A stretch of DNA of 64,000 nt from a bacterium (GCA_963693055.1 OY843751.1:1440001-1504000), one strand, 5' to 3'. Counted from the first letter of the stretch, positions 9,592-24,820 are shown. Made by a program: numbers and translations. The notes: generated by a model not told the origin, from the letters alone.

Positions 9592-10923
9592 CACTACTGT
9601 CCCAATATTAGTTGAATAAATTCAATTGGTTATCATTTTGTAAGCCATGAGTAAGATTATCATTGTTGCTAAGTAACTGTAAAATAGGAGTTCTTTGAAA
9701 CATATTAACGCTTAATATTTGCAAAAAAGTGTAGAGCGGAATCGCAATATTCAAACGTTTCTTTATTATCGCTATAAGCACGTATATACATATTGCAATC
9801 CATATTTGCGATTTAACGGCATTGACTGAAGTGCCATAAAAGGACTTAATTTTTAGGTTTTGTTTTATCCATTTAAAAAACAATTCAATTTGCCAGCGGC
9901 ATCTATATAGTTCAGGAATAGTTAATGCCGGCAAGTTAAAAATATTTGTCAACAAAACGAGCGTTCGTTTTTGATCAGTTATGTATATTTTAACGCGTCT
10001 GAGTCTTTCAGGATAATCTCGTGATGCATAGTAATTCACTAAAGAAACTGTTTGATCACATCGAAGACCTGTACTTTTATTAACCGGATGTGAATAGACC
10101 CTTTTAGCTTTAAGGTTCGACTTTGCCGGAATGACAAAAAAGGCTCCAGCTTGATGGAATCTATACAGACGCTCAAAATCTATGTAACCCTTGTCTAGCA
10201 AATATATGGCGCCAGGCTCAGGAATCAACATATCAAGAATGTTAACATCGTGGATTTTCCCTTCAGTTATCTCTATAAAAGTTGGTATGTTACCACGAAG
10301 GTCCATTTGAGTATGCACTTTTATAGCACCTTTTGATTTTCTAAATCTGGCCCATGGAAATAAAGAAAGGCACAAGTCAATTGTTGTTGAATCTAATGCG
10401 TAAACCATTTCTTTTAATTCAAGGCCGAATTTTTCATCACGATATAACTTGCGGGCCTGATTAATAAGTATTTGAGCAAATTCAGCATAGATGCGCCAGT
10501 CTCGATGTTCATTTGCATTAGCCAAAGTATTTCGAGCAACTATGCTGCGAAAACCCATGTGGTAAAGTAGTTTTCGTTGTGATCTTAAACAAGCTTCTAT
10601 ATCTCTCAAACTATCTCGGAAAGTGAGTTGGGCAAAAGCCATGCAATAAAATTGATCAAGACACGAGAAGGATTTAACTTTATACTCTCCTCTGTATTTG
10701 TGGACGCAACGATGGAATGCCTTTAAAGGCAGGAATTCCATTATTTGAGAAAAAACAGTTTTCCCTTCGTGCATTTCGCCATTCCTCCGCCATTGTTTTG
10801 TTGTGATAGAATGGTGAAATGTAATAATTTAATTCAAATCGTTCCCGTTAAAAATGATAGCGTAAAGATATAATTAACAATTAAATACAATCACTACTTT
10901 CCCCTAACGTTGGGACAGTAGTG
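9592..10923 (-). mobile_element. Intact IS4-family insertion sequence
   Basis: 20-bp IRs CACTACTGTCCCAA(TA/CG)TTAG at 9592 and 10923; 9-bp direct repeat ATATTAACT at 9583-9591 and 10924-10932. Confidence 0.95.
9608..10774 (-). CDS. IS4-family DDE transposase (DUF4372 + DDE_Tnp_1)
   Basis: LDSTTIDL, DKGYIDF and YRCRWQIELFFKWIKQ (YREK) motifs. Confidence 0.95.
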   Translation of the reverse strand: MHEGKTVFSQIMEFLPLKAFHRCVHKYRGEYKVKSFSCLDQFYCMAFAQLTFRDSLRDIEACLRSQRKLLYHMGFRSIVARNTLANANEHRDWRIYAEFAQILINQARKLYRDEKFGLELKEMVYALDSTTIDLCLSLFPWARFRKSKGAIKVHTQMDLRGNIPTFIEITEGKIHDVNILDMLIPEPGAIYLLDKGYIDFERLYRFHQAGAFFVIPAKSNLKAKRVYSHPVNKSTGLRCDQTVSLVNYYASRDYPERLRRVKIYITDQKRTLVLLTNIFNLPALTIPELYRCRWQIELFFKWIKQNLKIKSFYGTSVNAVKSQIWIAICIYVLIAIIKKRLNIAIPLYTFLQILSVNMFQRTPILQLLSNNDNLTHGLQNDNQLNLFN

Positions 10924-11309
10924 ATATTAACTGATAATTATATTGTCAAGTTAAATACAAAATAATATTAAAAAACTGTAACCAGAAAAAAATACCACGG
11001 TGAAGAATAGAGTAATGTGCACAATTTTTGTGGATTAAAACAATAGAGCAAAGATTACAAATGTATATAGCGATGAAAAATGCTATAAAATGGAGGCAAA
11101 CCCAAAGAATTTATGAAAATGTTCAAATTAAATCGTTGTTCTTTATAAATATAACTCTTATTATATGAGATTATTATTTCAACATCAAAAGGTGTAAATT
11201 ATACATCCTGGAAACACCATCTGACCATTAAAAAATATATCGTTAGTTAGTGGAAATGGATGTGTGTTAATTTGCAAAATTTTAGAAATGTGAATATTCT
11301 TTAATTTAA

Positions 11310-15398
<4,089 letters not shown>

Positions 15399-15462
15399 TT
15401 GCCCGAGATTGAATGTTATAAAATCTCAAGTATCGAGAAAATTATAATTATTGGAGGCCCAG

Positions 15463-16935
15463 ATGTCTACTCCACAAAAGCTTTTTTTATTGAGTATATT
15501 CTTATTCTTTTCTTGTACCAATAACAATACTGAAAAGCTGGCACAAAAGACACAACCCTTGGAAAATGTGAAAAATGATTTGTTAGCGTGTAACAACAAG
15601 GGTAAGCTCGTTTTTACATTTTCAGTGTTGGCATACACAGTAGACTCTGATTGGGGGAAGGGCGTTCCTAAAATTGGTATGGAACGGTTGGCAATGTTGG
15701 CTCATAAATATGATATCCCGATAACATGGCTCATTGATCCCGGTTCAGGGCTTGCCATGAAACAAAAAATTGACAAATGGCACAAAGAATTTGGTGATGA
15801 TATTGGTCTGGTATGGGGGCATTCTCACGCAACACCCACAGCATATCGAAATCCGCAGCAGGCACTTGATTCTTTAAAAGTGCTCTTTCCATGGTCAAAA
15901 GTTGAGTTGGCTGCTTCGGGAACACGTTCTAACCAATTGCTAAATAAAGTAAAACAGGCAGGAATGTCTGCAATTTGGGGTTCTTGCTGGGAACAGGTTG
16001 GAATTGATAGAATTACAGACCGGGGCGCACCCTGGGGGTATTTTTATGCAGCCGACGATTGTTTTAAAATTCCTTCAAGAGATGCCGGGGGATTGGTCTC
16101 TGTTGAATGGACGACTCGTGATCTGTTAAAATCCATTCATTCTCATGCTCCAACGATTTATTCAAGCGATCCGGATGATGTTGGCAGAACAGATATCTGC
16201 ACCGGTGACAATATTGACTATTGGCGAGGCTTTTTTAACAACTATATCCGTAATATTGCTCATAATAAAGTTGTGTTTTTTCCTCAGCATCAGGAAGCAC
16301 ATGAAATGGAATATAGCGATGCATGCCGGGAATTTACACCTGAAGAAATTGAAAAATCTGAAAAAATGTTGGATGCTTTTTTTGACCATGTCAAGTCTTT
16401 TAATGATATGATTGATTTTATGACTGTACCCGAGGCGGTAAATTTCTATCGGGATAATTTTAAAGAAACTGAACCCTCTGTAATGATTTTTGATGATGTC
16501 CCGGCTCCCAAGCCGCCATTCTGGTATGCGGCCAAAAGTAACCGTGCAACAGGACCTTGGCCACAAACACTTTTCTATTATGATAAGGATTGTCAGGTTG
16601 TATTTATTAAAGATCAATTTAACCCAATTTTGTTGCGGGACTATGTACATAACAGGCAAGTTGATGATCCTGATTATTTTGCAGTACACAGAATTCCTCA
16701 AGTCAAAGTTAACACGCCTTGGGAGAGACGAGAATTTACAGATATCCCCCTGGAGATTAGTACTGAAAAAGAAATGCCCTATGCTGCAGCATTGTGGTAT
16801 GATTTTACGCGTTTCAAAGTGGAAAAAGTAGAGGGTGCCGATATTATTGGTCCTATTGAGGACCAGGTTTTAATTCTACGACTGAATTTAAAAAAAGGTG
16901 TGAATAAAATTGATATAAAGTTGAGCAAGATTTAA
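15463..16935 (+). CDS. Uncharacterised lipoprotein, possibly DUF3863-like carbohydrate-active protein
   Basis: Lipobox FFSC; W/D/E-rich motifs (PITWLID, WGSCWEQ..ID...DRGAPW, FYYD); lies between GH2 and GH3 genes. The family call is tentative. Confidence 0.55.
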   Translation: MSTPQKLFLLSIFLFFSCTNNNTEKLAQKTQPLENVKNDLLACNNKGKLVFTFSVLAYTVDSDWGKGVPKIGMERLAMLAHKYDIPITWLIDPGSGLAMKQKIDKWHKEFGDDIGLVWGHSHATPTAYRNPQQALDSLKVLFPWSKVELAASGTRSNQLLNKVKQAGMSAIWGSCWEQVGIDRITDRGAPWGYFYAADDCFKIPSRDAGGLVSVEWTTRDLLKSIHSHAPTIYSSDPDDVGRTDICTGDNIDYWRGFFNNYIRNIAHNKVVFFPQHQEAHEMEYSDACREFTPEEIEKSEKMLDAFFDHVKSFNDMIDFMTVPEAVNFYRDNFKETEPSVMIFDDVPAPKPPFWYAAKSNRATGPWPQTLFYYDKDCQVVFIKDQFNPILLRDYVHNRQVDDPDYFAVHRIPQVKVNTPWERREFTDIPLEISTEKEMPYAAALWYDFTRFKVEKVEGADIIGPIEDQVLILRLNLKKGVNKIDIKLSKI

Positions 16936-17077
16936 ATTATACACTTGAGAAGGATAAGGTATTGATTCATCGGTATTCGCAATGGAGATTGAAAGGTGTC
17001 AATAGTTCTCATTTGGGATTTTCATCGAAACAATAATTTGAAAACATTTGCTTTAATAATATCAAAGGAAAAGTGAT

Positions 17078-19657
17078 ATGGTGAAATTAAAAACAATACT
17101 CTCAAGGCGTTGTTCTTTTCTAATTGATCTGATTTTTGTTCATTTATTGTTATCGCTTTTCTTTATACATAATACTCTGGCCGAAAATCAAGAATTTGAG
17201 AGTAATATAGATATACCTGGCTATCGTAATCCGGCATTACCCGTTGAAAAACGAGTCAATGATTTAATGAATCGTATGACATTTGCCGAAAAAATAGATA
17301 TGGTAAGTGGTGCAGGATTTACTACAAAATCGAATATTCGTTTGGGTATCCCTGAAATTGTTATGACCGATGGCCCACTGGGACCCAATACAAAAGGACG
17401 CGCAACAAATTATTCTGCCTGTATCAACATGGCATCTACCTGGGATGATTCATTAATTAAACGGGTTGGTGTTTCCATTGGCGAAGAAACGCGTGTTTTA
17501 GGCCGCAACATGCTGCTGGGTCCTTGTTTGAATATAGCTCGGGTACCTCAACATGGCAGAACATTTGAAAGTTTTGGTGAAGATCCATTCCTGACTTCTC
17601 GAATGGCTGTTGCTTACATTAAAGGTGTACAGAGTCAGCGTGTGATTACCAGTACTAAACATTTCGCGGTAAATAATCAGGAATGGAATCGGGGTGTTGT
17701 GGATGTGAATGTTGACGAACGAGCGCTACGCGAAATTTATTTACCCGCATTTAAAGCTGCTGTTCAGAAAGCTGACACATGGTCGATTATGGCAGCGTAT
17801 AATAAATTCCGGGGTGCGTATTGTTGCTCTAATCATTATTTATTGACAGAGATTCTAAAAAATGAATGGGGTTTTGATGGTTTTGTTGTATCGGATTGGG
17901 GTGGGGTGCACAATACGGTGCAGACAGCGAATTCAGGACTCGATTTGGAAATGCCTGATGGTGCATTCTTGGGTGATGAATTGATTACAGCAATTGAGCA
18001 GGGTGAGGTAGCAAAAGATGTTGTTAATGAAAAAGTACGACGAATATTGCGGGTCATGTTCAAATCTGGACTTTTTGACGAGTCGGTAAAAGATTATGGT
18101 GGATTGGCAAATACAGAAGATCGTCGTGCACTGGCATTGGAAGTGGCTCGTAAAAGTATTGTTATGCTTAAAAATGAAAATAAAATATTACCCCTGGATC
18201 GAGGCAAAATAAAATCCATTGCTGTGATTGGTCCTAATGCTGATGAAGCTCGCATGTATGGTGGAGGCAGCGGATATTTACCCGCACACTATGCAATATC
18301 ACCACTTCAAGGATTGCGTGACAAAGTTGGTGAGGATGTTAAAATTCGATTTGTTAAAAGCGGTCGTTTAAAACGCCAAACATTGCCTGCAATAGAATCC
18401 CAATTATTAACTCCTCCCGGAGCCGATCCGGGTGAACATGGCCTTTTGGGAGAATATTTTAACAATAAAGAGCTTGAGGGAGAGCCTGCTCTACGTAGAA
18501 TTGATGATCAGGTCGATTTTAGCTGGGACACTGATTCACCCGCTCCTGGTGTTGTGAATAAAGATTTGTTTTCAGCAAGATGGACGGGTACATTCACATC
18601 TCCTGGTTCTGGTATGTTTGAATTGGGTATTATGAGTGATAATGGCTGTAGGCTCTATCTGGATGATAAACTTGTCATCGATTCATGGATAGTCGATATG
18701 GCCAGCTCGCTACGCTCCATTTATATAAGCCTTGAAAAGGATCGTAAATACAATATCCGTATGGAGTTTTTTGAAAATATTGGAACGAGTGAAGCGCATC
18801 TGGGAATTGCCTATTATGGCAAAGGTGATGATATTAATCAGGCTGCTATTGCTGCCAAAGAGTCAGACGTTGCTATTGTCTGTGCCGGACTGCGAGAAAC
18901 GCTCGAGGGTGAAGGTAATGATCGAGAACAGCTTTCCCTGCCTAAAGATCAGGTGAAACTGATTAATGCAGTTGTTAAAGCAAATAAAAATACTATTGTT
19001 GTTTTATATAATGCAACACCCGTATTGATGAATGAATGGATAGAGGATGTTCCGGCAATAATTGAAGCTTTTTACCCCGGGCAGGAAGGGGGGCATGCAC
19101 TGGCTGATATTCTTTTCGGTGATGTTAATCCTTCTGGTAAACTCCCATTGACTTTTGTGAAATCGTGGAAGGATTCCCCGGTCTATAAAACGTATCCCGG
19201 TCCAAAAGATTCGGTAACGTATTCCGAGGACCTGTTTGTTGGTTATCGTCATTTTGATAAATATAATGTAGAACCGTTATTCCCGTTTGGACATGGATTG
19301 TCATATACCACATTCAAATATAGTAACCTGGATATTATTAAACAGAATCATAAATTTATTGTCAAGGCTGATATCCAAAATACAGGTAATGTGGCCGGTG
19401 AAGAGATTGTTCAACTATACATCCAGGATGTTGAATCAAGTGTTGAGCGAGAAGTTAAAGTATTAAAGGGATTTATAAGAGTCAATTTAGAACCCGAAGA
19501 AAGTAAAACAGTAACATTTCAACTTGATAAAAGTGCATTGGCTTTTTATGATGTGAAAACAAAAGAATGGATTACTGAACCCGGAGAATTCAGGATATTG
19601 ATAGCAAGTTCTTCCAGAGATATACGATTAACGGGTAGTTTTGAATTGGGAAACTAG
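17078..19657 (+). CDS. GH3 beta-glucosidase with PA14 insertion and Fn3-like C-terminus
   Basis: GRTFESFGEDP, KHFAVNNQE, VVSDWG (nucleophile), GLDLEMP and PFGHGLSYT motifs. Confidence 0.93.
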   Translation: MVKLKTILSRRCSFLIDLIFVHLLLSLFFIHNTLAENQEFESNIDIPGYRNPALPVEKRVNDLMNRMTFAEKIDMVSGAGFTTKSNIRLGIPEIVMTDGPLGPNTKGRATNYSACINMASTWDDSLIKRVGVSIGEETRVLGRNMLLGPCLNIARVPQHGRTFESFGEDPFLTSRMAVAYIKGVQSQRVITSTKHFAVNNQEWNRGVVDVNVDERALREIYLPAFKAAVQKADTWSIMAAYNKFRGAYCCSNHYLLTEILKNEWGFDGFVVSDWGGVHNTVQTANSGLDLEMPDGAFLGDELITAIEQGEVAKDVVNEKVRRILRVMFKSGLFDESVKDYGGLANTEDRRALALEVARKSIVMLKNENKILPLDRGKIKSIAVIGPNADEARMYGGGSGYLPAHYAISPLQGLRDKVGEDVKIRFVKSGRLKRQTLPAIESQLLTPPGADPGEHGLLGEYFNNKELEGEPALRRIDDQVDFSWDTDSPAPGVVNKDLFSARWTGTFTSPGSGMFELGIMSDNGCRLYLDDKLVIDSWIVDMASSLRSIYISLEKDRKYNIRMEFFENIGTSEAHLGIAYYGKGDDINQAAIAAKESDVAIVCAGLRETLEGEGNDREQLSLPKDQVKLINAVVKANKNTIVVLYNATPVLMNEWIEDVPAIIEAFYPGQEGGHALADILFGDVNPSGKLPLTFVKSWKDSPVYKTYPGPKDSVTYSEDLFVGYRHFDKYNVEPLFPFGHGLSYTTFKYSNLDIIKQNHKFIVKADIQNTGNVAGEEIVQLYIQDVESSVEREVKVLKGFIRVNLEPEESKTVTFQLDKSALAFYDVKTKEWITEPGEFRILIASSSRDIRLTGSFELGN

Positions 19658-19737
19658 AACATGTTGTATCAGATTAATTAAATGCAGAAAAGTAATGTGA
19701 AAACATAAGAATTTCTGGTTACATTTTTTCTCAAAAT

Positions 19738-19779
19738 CACGCCCAGAAGGATTCGAACCTTGGACCTACGGATTAGAAG
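19738..19779 (-). repeat. Displaced 3' half of tRNA-Arg (att site of integrated island)
   Basis: CACGCCCAGAAGGATTCGAACCTTGGACCTACGGATTAGAAG matches 43411-43452 at 41/42 nt and ends at the anticodon loop. Confidence 0.92.
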
Positions 19780-19884
19780 GAACAGGGGGTGTTTGCATGT
19801 TTGCTGTCCAAGTTGCTGATTTTAATGGAATTGTCGTCTCTGCAAACATCCCTTGTTAGTCAATCCCTGACGTATACGTGATAG

Positions 19885-20902
19885 TTATTTTCGCGCAATA
19901 TCAATGTCCATAGGACCAATATCCGAATGTTTTGTAAAGCTTTGCACGGATTTGAAGCCGACATTGAGCATGGTTTGGGCGATTTCACCCTGTTCAATAC
20001 CAAAGTCCATTTCCATCAATTCAGCGGACAAGAATTCTGTAACATGATAGACGGGTTTTGTGCGTTCATCGGTCAATCCGTCCTGGTGTGTCATAAACGC
20101 ACCACCAGGTTTTAATGTTTTGTATATTTTTTCAAACAAAGGTTTGAAATTTTTATTACAAAAATTTAGTGTGGAACCAGCAAAGATCAGTTCATAAGAA
20201 TCGCCAAGGTCATTGGTCAAATAGTTGACGCTGAATACGGTTACCCGGTCGCTTGTTTCATATTCATGTACAAATTCTTGCGCCACCGCAGCAACAGCGG
20301 GTTGTTCCAGGATAAATGCGTGCATGAGAGGATGTGCGTTTGCAATAGCCATCGCGTAAAAACCGGCGTCACCACCTAAATCAAGCATTTTTATCATTCC
20401 GGGGAATTTTGGTAATTTTGGAACAATACGGGCAATGTTCTGGGCTTCTCCGGTGTATTGATAAACTGCGGAAAGTCTGGCAGAATTTGCCCACATTTCA
20501 TCATTACTCATATCGGTATTGTTTTGGGCTGGTGGACCTATCTTTGACCAGTTGTTTCATTTTGGGCAAAAACATTTCATTCCATGAATTCATGTGTTTA
20601 AAAAAGATACCCAGATAGGCAGGATTTTTAGAAACCAGGAATTCCGAGCCTTTGTCCGTATTGCTGTAAAGCCCCTCTTTTTTATTTATGGTCCCCATAC
20701 CGGCATGTGCGTTCAAGAACAGTTCTGTGTTCACTGGATGAGAATTCATTTTTTCAGCAAGTGTCGTAGCCAGAGATGGGGTTACCAGCAGATCAAAAAT
20801 TTTCCATTCTATTGCTTTGATAAAAATGGTATGCTGTGTACCGCTTCTTACCAAGGCGTAATACTCGCCCCAGGAAGATTTTGTTTCGAGTAATTTTTTC
20901 AT
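19885..20902 (-). pseudogene. Frameshifted O-methyltransferase (dimerisation domain + Methyltransf_2)
   Basis: N-half 20504-20902 (winged-helix dimerisation domain, YSNT...FLVS) and C-half 19885-20511 (MLDLGGDAG, LKPGG) overlap in different frames. Confidence 0.7.
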
Positions 20903-23265
20903 TTTGTTTCCTCCCCAAAAGGTTTGGTTAACAGTATCAATCCTGGGGTCATCAAATAGTCGATGATCAGTGCAGCTGTCAGGCCCATTGACGCCAGCAA
21001 ACCAATCCTCACCATATTGGATATGGGAGAAAACATGTACATGGCAAAGGTTGCGGCAAGAATGATGGTGGTCATGGTCAGGGTTTTACCAACGGTAGTA
21101 AATGCCTGAAGAATGGCCTGTTTATAAACTCCGCATTTTTCAAATTCGTATTTAATGTGGTTGATAAAGTGGATGGTATCATCCACGGCAATACCCAATA
21201 GCATGGGCATGATGGTCATGGTCATCATGTCCAGGGGCGAGTTGAAATAGCCCATAAATCCACCCAGAACGATCAATGGGGTAACATTGGGTATCATACC
21301 GATAATCCCGGTTTTTAGGCTGCCGAAAACCACAACCAGCAATACTCCAATGGTGAGTAGTGCCACAGATAGTGATTTCAGTTCTCCACTAACGATTTTT
21401 TTGTTCAGCTCGGCAAACTGGGCCGCGCTGCCCACAATGCTGACGGTTGCGCCAGGGAACATTTCCGCACCCATACTTTTTATGGTATTCAGGTCATTCA
21501 CCATTTTATTGGCGTCAAATTTTATCAACCTAACCTGGCCCCGCAGCATGGCATAATCTTCATCAATCCAGTTAAATGTTTTGGTACCGCCGGATATTTC
21601 GTAAAGAAACAAGAGCTGGGCGATCAATTCACGGCTCTCTGGTACCCGGTAATACGCCGCACTGTCGCTATGAAAAGTCTGGTTCATGTCTTTAAGAATA
21701 TCCAGAATGGAAAATACGGCGGAAGCGGTTTCGTTCTTTTTAGTTAGTTCAAACTCTGAAACCGTGTTGAGCAATGTTTCAAAATTTTTCATGACGGTCG
21801 GGTCTTTGATCTTGTCTGGCTCATCATAATCAATGGTGATATTGTATGTGAGATAGGAACCAAGTTTGGAATTTGCCACGTCGTGCAGTCTTTTTACATA
21901 GGGTATTTTCAGGCCCATGAATCGGAACATGTCCATATTGACAGCCATTTTTAGGATGCCGGGAGCAATAGCTAAAAGACACAGAGTACAAATAGTCAGC
22001 ACCGAGGTTTTTCGTTTAATGACAATTTGCCCCAAGCTTTTCATCCAATTATCAAAAAATGATGGGGTTAAAACTTTATCTTGAACGGGTTTGTTTTTTC
22101 CAAAACTGAACAGAACGGGAATCAGAATGATTACGAACAAATAATCTGCCAACACTACTGCCGCACAGGTAAAGCCCAGCCATTGGATTGTCATAATGCC
22201 AGCGGTTGCAAATGACATAACAGAACCCATGGTTGTGGCAGCGGTGAAAAAGATGGGCCAGCCGGTCTCTTCTACTGCCGAGATCATAGATTCTTTGCGG
22301 TTGCCGGTTTTACGGTAGAAACTTTTGAAAGCATTGACCAGGTGGATGGAATAACCAACCGATAGCGCCATCCCCAGCAAGATGGGCAGGGTCATCATGT
22401 TGGAATCGACACCAATACCCAGCCAACCCATGACGCCAAATACAACAATGATTCCCATAATGGTGGTGAAAACCGGTACGAATACACCGCGAAAGGAGCG
22501 CAGAAAAATGGCAAGCAAAATGATCATAACCACAAAACCGGACAATACGCGGGTAACGGTTTCTTTGCCGAAAAAGTCGCGCTCTTCGGTTTCCGAATAA
22601 GGCATGCCCGCAGCTTTGAATGTATAAAGATCAGTGTTCCATTTGGGGTTGGTCACAATGGGTATTGCCGCTTCTCCCACCTGGAACAAGGGGTCTGTTG
22701 AGGTTTCTTTTGACCATTCAATTTCAGGGGGGAATTCATATAATGATAATGAAATCCAGGTCTCTTTGCTGTCCGTTGAAACCAGTTTGTTTGCCAGCGA
22801 AGTGCGTGACAAGACCAGTTTACGGATTTCTTCAATTTTTTCCGGATCCTGGGGGATACCGTCTTTAAAGGGATTGATGACCTCAATACCTTCTTCCGTT
22901 CCCACAGAGATTTCCATATCAGTCAGTGAAGTTATTTCATCGGCATAGGGTACATTGTCCAGTAGTTCATTTCCCAAATCCAGAATGGCTTGCAGTACCT
23001 CGGGATGAAATACATCATCCGCCTGGACCAGAATGCCAATGTTGTCATTATTGCCAAATTGTTCTTCAAATTTAGTTGTGGCAATTTCAATGGCTTCTTT
23101 ATCATCAAACCAGTGTTCCCTGGAATTAGTCATTGAAACTTTATCAAGGCCGGTAATACCAAAGGCTGTTAACGCCAGGGCCAGAACAATAAATACCCAA
23201 CGGTACTTTAGCTGAAAGGTGCCCATTTTTTTGAAAAACGTGTTGATTTGTTGTATTTTCATCAT
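20899..23265 (-). CDS. MMPL/RND-family transporter
   Basis: Two repeats of TM bundles with GMALSVGYSIH and GIAVDDTIHF motifs and large periplasmic loops; likely start 23265. Confidence 0.88.
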   Translation of the reverse strand: MMKIQQINTFFKKMGTFQLKYRWVFIVLALALTAFGITGLDKVSMTNSREHWFDDKEAIEIATTKFEEQFGNNDNIGILVQADDVFHPEVLQAILDLGNELLDNVPYADEITSLTDMEISVGTEEGIEVINPFKDGIPQDPEKIEEIRKLVLSRTSLANKLVSTDSKETWISLSLYEFPPEIEWSKETSTDPLFQVGEAAIPIVTNPKWNTDLYTFKAAGMPYSETEERDFFGKETVTRVLSGFVVMIILLAIFLRSFRGVFVPVFTTIMGIIVVFGVMGWLGIGVDSNMMTLPILLGMALSVGYSIHLVNAFKSFYRKTGNRKESMISAVEETGWPIFFTAATTMGSVMSFATAGIMTIQWLGFTCAAVVLADYLFVIILIPVLFSFGKNKPVQDKVLTPSFFDNWMKSLGQIVIKRKTSVLTICTLCLLAIAPGILKMAVNMDMFRFMGLKIPYVKRLHDVANSKLGSYLTYNITIDYDEPDKIKDPTVMKNFETLLNTVSEFELTKKNETASAVFSILDILKDMNQTFHSDSAAYYRVPESRELIAQLLFLYEISGGTKTFNWIDEDYAMLRGQVRLIKFDANKMVNDLNTIKSMGAEMFPGATVSIVGSAAQFAELNKKIVSGELKSLSVALLTIGVLLVVVFGSLKTGIIGMIPNVTPLIVLGGFMGYFNSPLDMMTMTIMPMLLGIAVDDTIHFINHIKYEFEKCGVYKQAILQAFTTVGKTLTMTTIILAATFAMYMFSPISNMVRIGLLASMGLTAALIIDYLMTPGLILLTKPFGEETK

Positions 23266-24160
23266 GTTGTCCTTTAATTTGTAACACAAGAGTTATTAGT
23301 AATTGTTTAAAAATGGTTTTTACGATTTTATAGTCTACTATTTTATAGCACAGCATACAGCTTGCGTAGCGAATGGTCGGCACCCAGTTGGTAACCGCAT
23401 AATTAAACCAACCGGTCCTGCGCCAATCGTCAAATTCGTTGAATCTTTTGGCAATCAATAATTTTAATTTTGGGCTCCACGATTTCATTTCCTTATCATC
23501 ATCACAGGCAAACCGGAACCTGGTTTTTGTCAATTTCACCGTATCGTGACGGTGAAAGTTTTTGCATAACCAACCGTTGATCACATCAAATACAAGCGTG
23601 CTACAAGGAAAGCGTTCCACCAGGTTCAAGAGTACTTTATTAACGTCAGTATTTTCAAAACACATCAGCACGCCTTCTATGACAAAGATGAATGAAGCGC
23701 TTTTGTGCTTTTCAGCCAGCTCGTCCATCCAGTCCGTATCAAAAATTGAAGCAGAAAAATAGACATCCTTTTCTGGTTCAGGCAAGAGCGTTTTGCGCAT
23801 TTCCATCACTTTAGGCAAATCCATTTCGTACACCTGTGCCTTGTTTGTTACTACTTTGCCCAAGCGGTGGTAGCGGGTATCCAGGCTGCAGCCCATATGC
23901 ACTATTACCGGATTGTCATGGGTTTTGATGAATTCACGCGTCATTTCATCATAGTAATTTGCCCGGATGCACACACCCACTGAACTGCGGATGGCCTTTT
24001 CGTATTTTGAAAAGTCATAGTCGATTTTGTTCTGCATTTCGCTTGAAACCGGGGCTGCGAAAAAAGGGTCTTTTTTTCGGGTTTCCTTGCATTACATGGC
24101 AAGGGTGATGTATAGCGTATCTGCCACATTGTCTTTGAGTGTGTTTTCAATTTTCTTAAA
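23144..24160 (-). pseudogene. LCM/TcmP-like class I SAM methyltransferase, probably inactivated
   Basis: The upstream in-frame segment NVADTLYITLAM*CKETRK has a TAA at 24092-24094 and no clear start codon. Core motifs MGCSLDTR, YEMDLP and IEGVLM are present; the 3' end runs into the MMPL gene. Confidence 0.7.
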
Positions 24161-24200
24161 AATACCCCAATTAATTTCTGGTTTTCGATTGATTTCTTGT

Positions 24201-24779
24201 TTATAGATATCGCCGCACTTTGATGGTAAAAGTATACCAGTCGGCGCCAAATTTTTTCTCTAAGAAATGTTCTTCTTTTAATACGATTAGGTGATGTACA
24301 AAACAGGCATATATTGATAAAATCCAGATGACGGGATTGAGCACATAAAAGCATGTACTTAACAAGAGCATAAAAAATCCAACATACATTGGGTTCCTGC
24401 TGAACCTGTACAGGCCTGTAGTTTTCAAAGTAGTCTCATTCTCTTCATCCCGGGTGGGAATACCAAATTTTAAATTATGACCCAGTTGAAAGTATGCGGC
24501 AAGCTGCAGGACCGCTCCGGCGAGTAAAAAAATAAGAGCCGGTATTGTGGTTGGCAGTGTTCTGTCATAAAACGTTAAACGCACCAATCCCGTGCTTTCA
24601 ACAAACAGGGCACACCACACAAGCATCATGCTTGCTTTTCCGGTCTTGAAAAGTAGTTTGTTGATAGGGGGAGTGCCTGCCATAGACCATTTATTTTTTT
24701 TAAAATAGATACCAAATCCGATCATTTGAATGAACATGAGCCCAAAAGAGGCAATAATAATTATTTGGTCTGGTTTCAA
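24201..24779 (-). CDS. Isoprenylcysteine carboxyl methyltransferase (ICMT/PEMT)-family membrane protein
   Basis: LKTTGLYRFSRNPMYVG...EEHFLEKKFG..W..F...VRRYL. Confidence 0.88.
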   Translation of the reverse strand: MKPDQIIIIASFGLMFIQMIGFGIYFKKNKWSMAGTPPINKLLFKTGKASMMLVWCALFVESTGLVRLTFYDRTLPTTIPALIFLLAGAVLQLAAYFQLGHNLKFGIPTRDEENETTLKTTGLYRFSRNPMYVGFFMLLLSTCFYVLNPVIWILSIYACFVHHLIVLKEEHFLEKKFGADWYTFTIKVRRYL

Positions 24780-24820
24780 TGGGTTTTCTCTCCTCGCTAT
24801 TTAATTATAAACAGGTCTGG

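Noticed and set aside
19738-19779. Second tRNA-Arg gene
   Set aside because: Only the 3' half is present, with no D-arm, acceptor 5' strand or CCA; it is an att remnant
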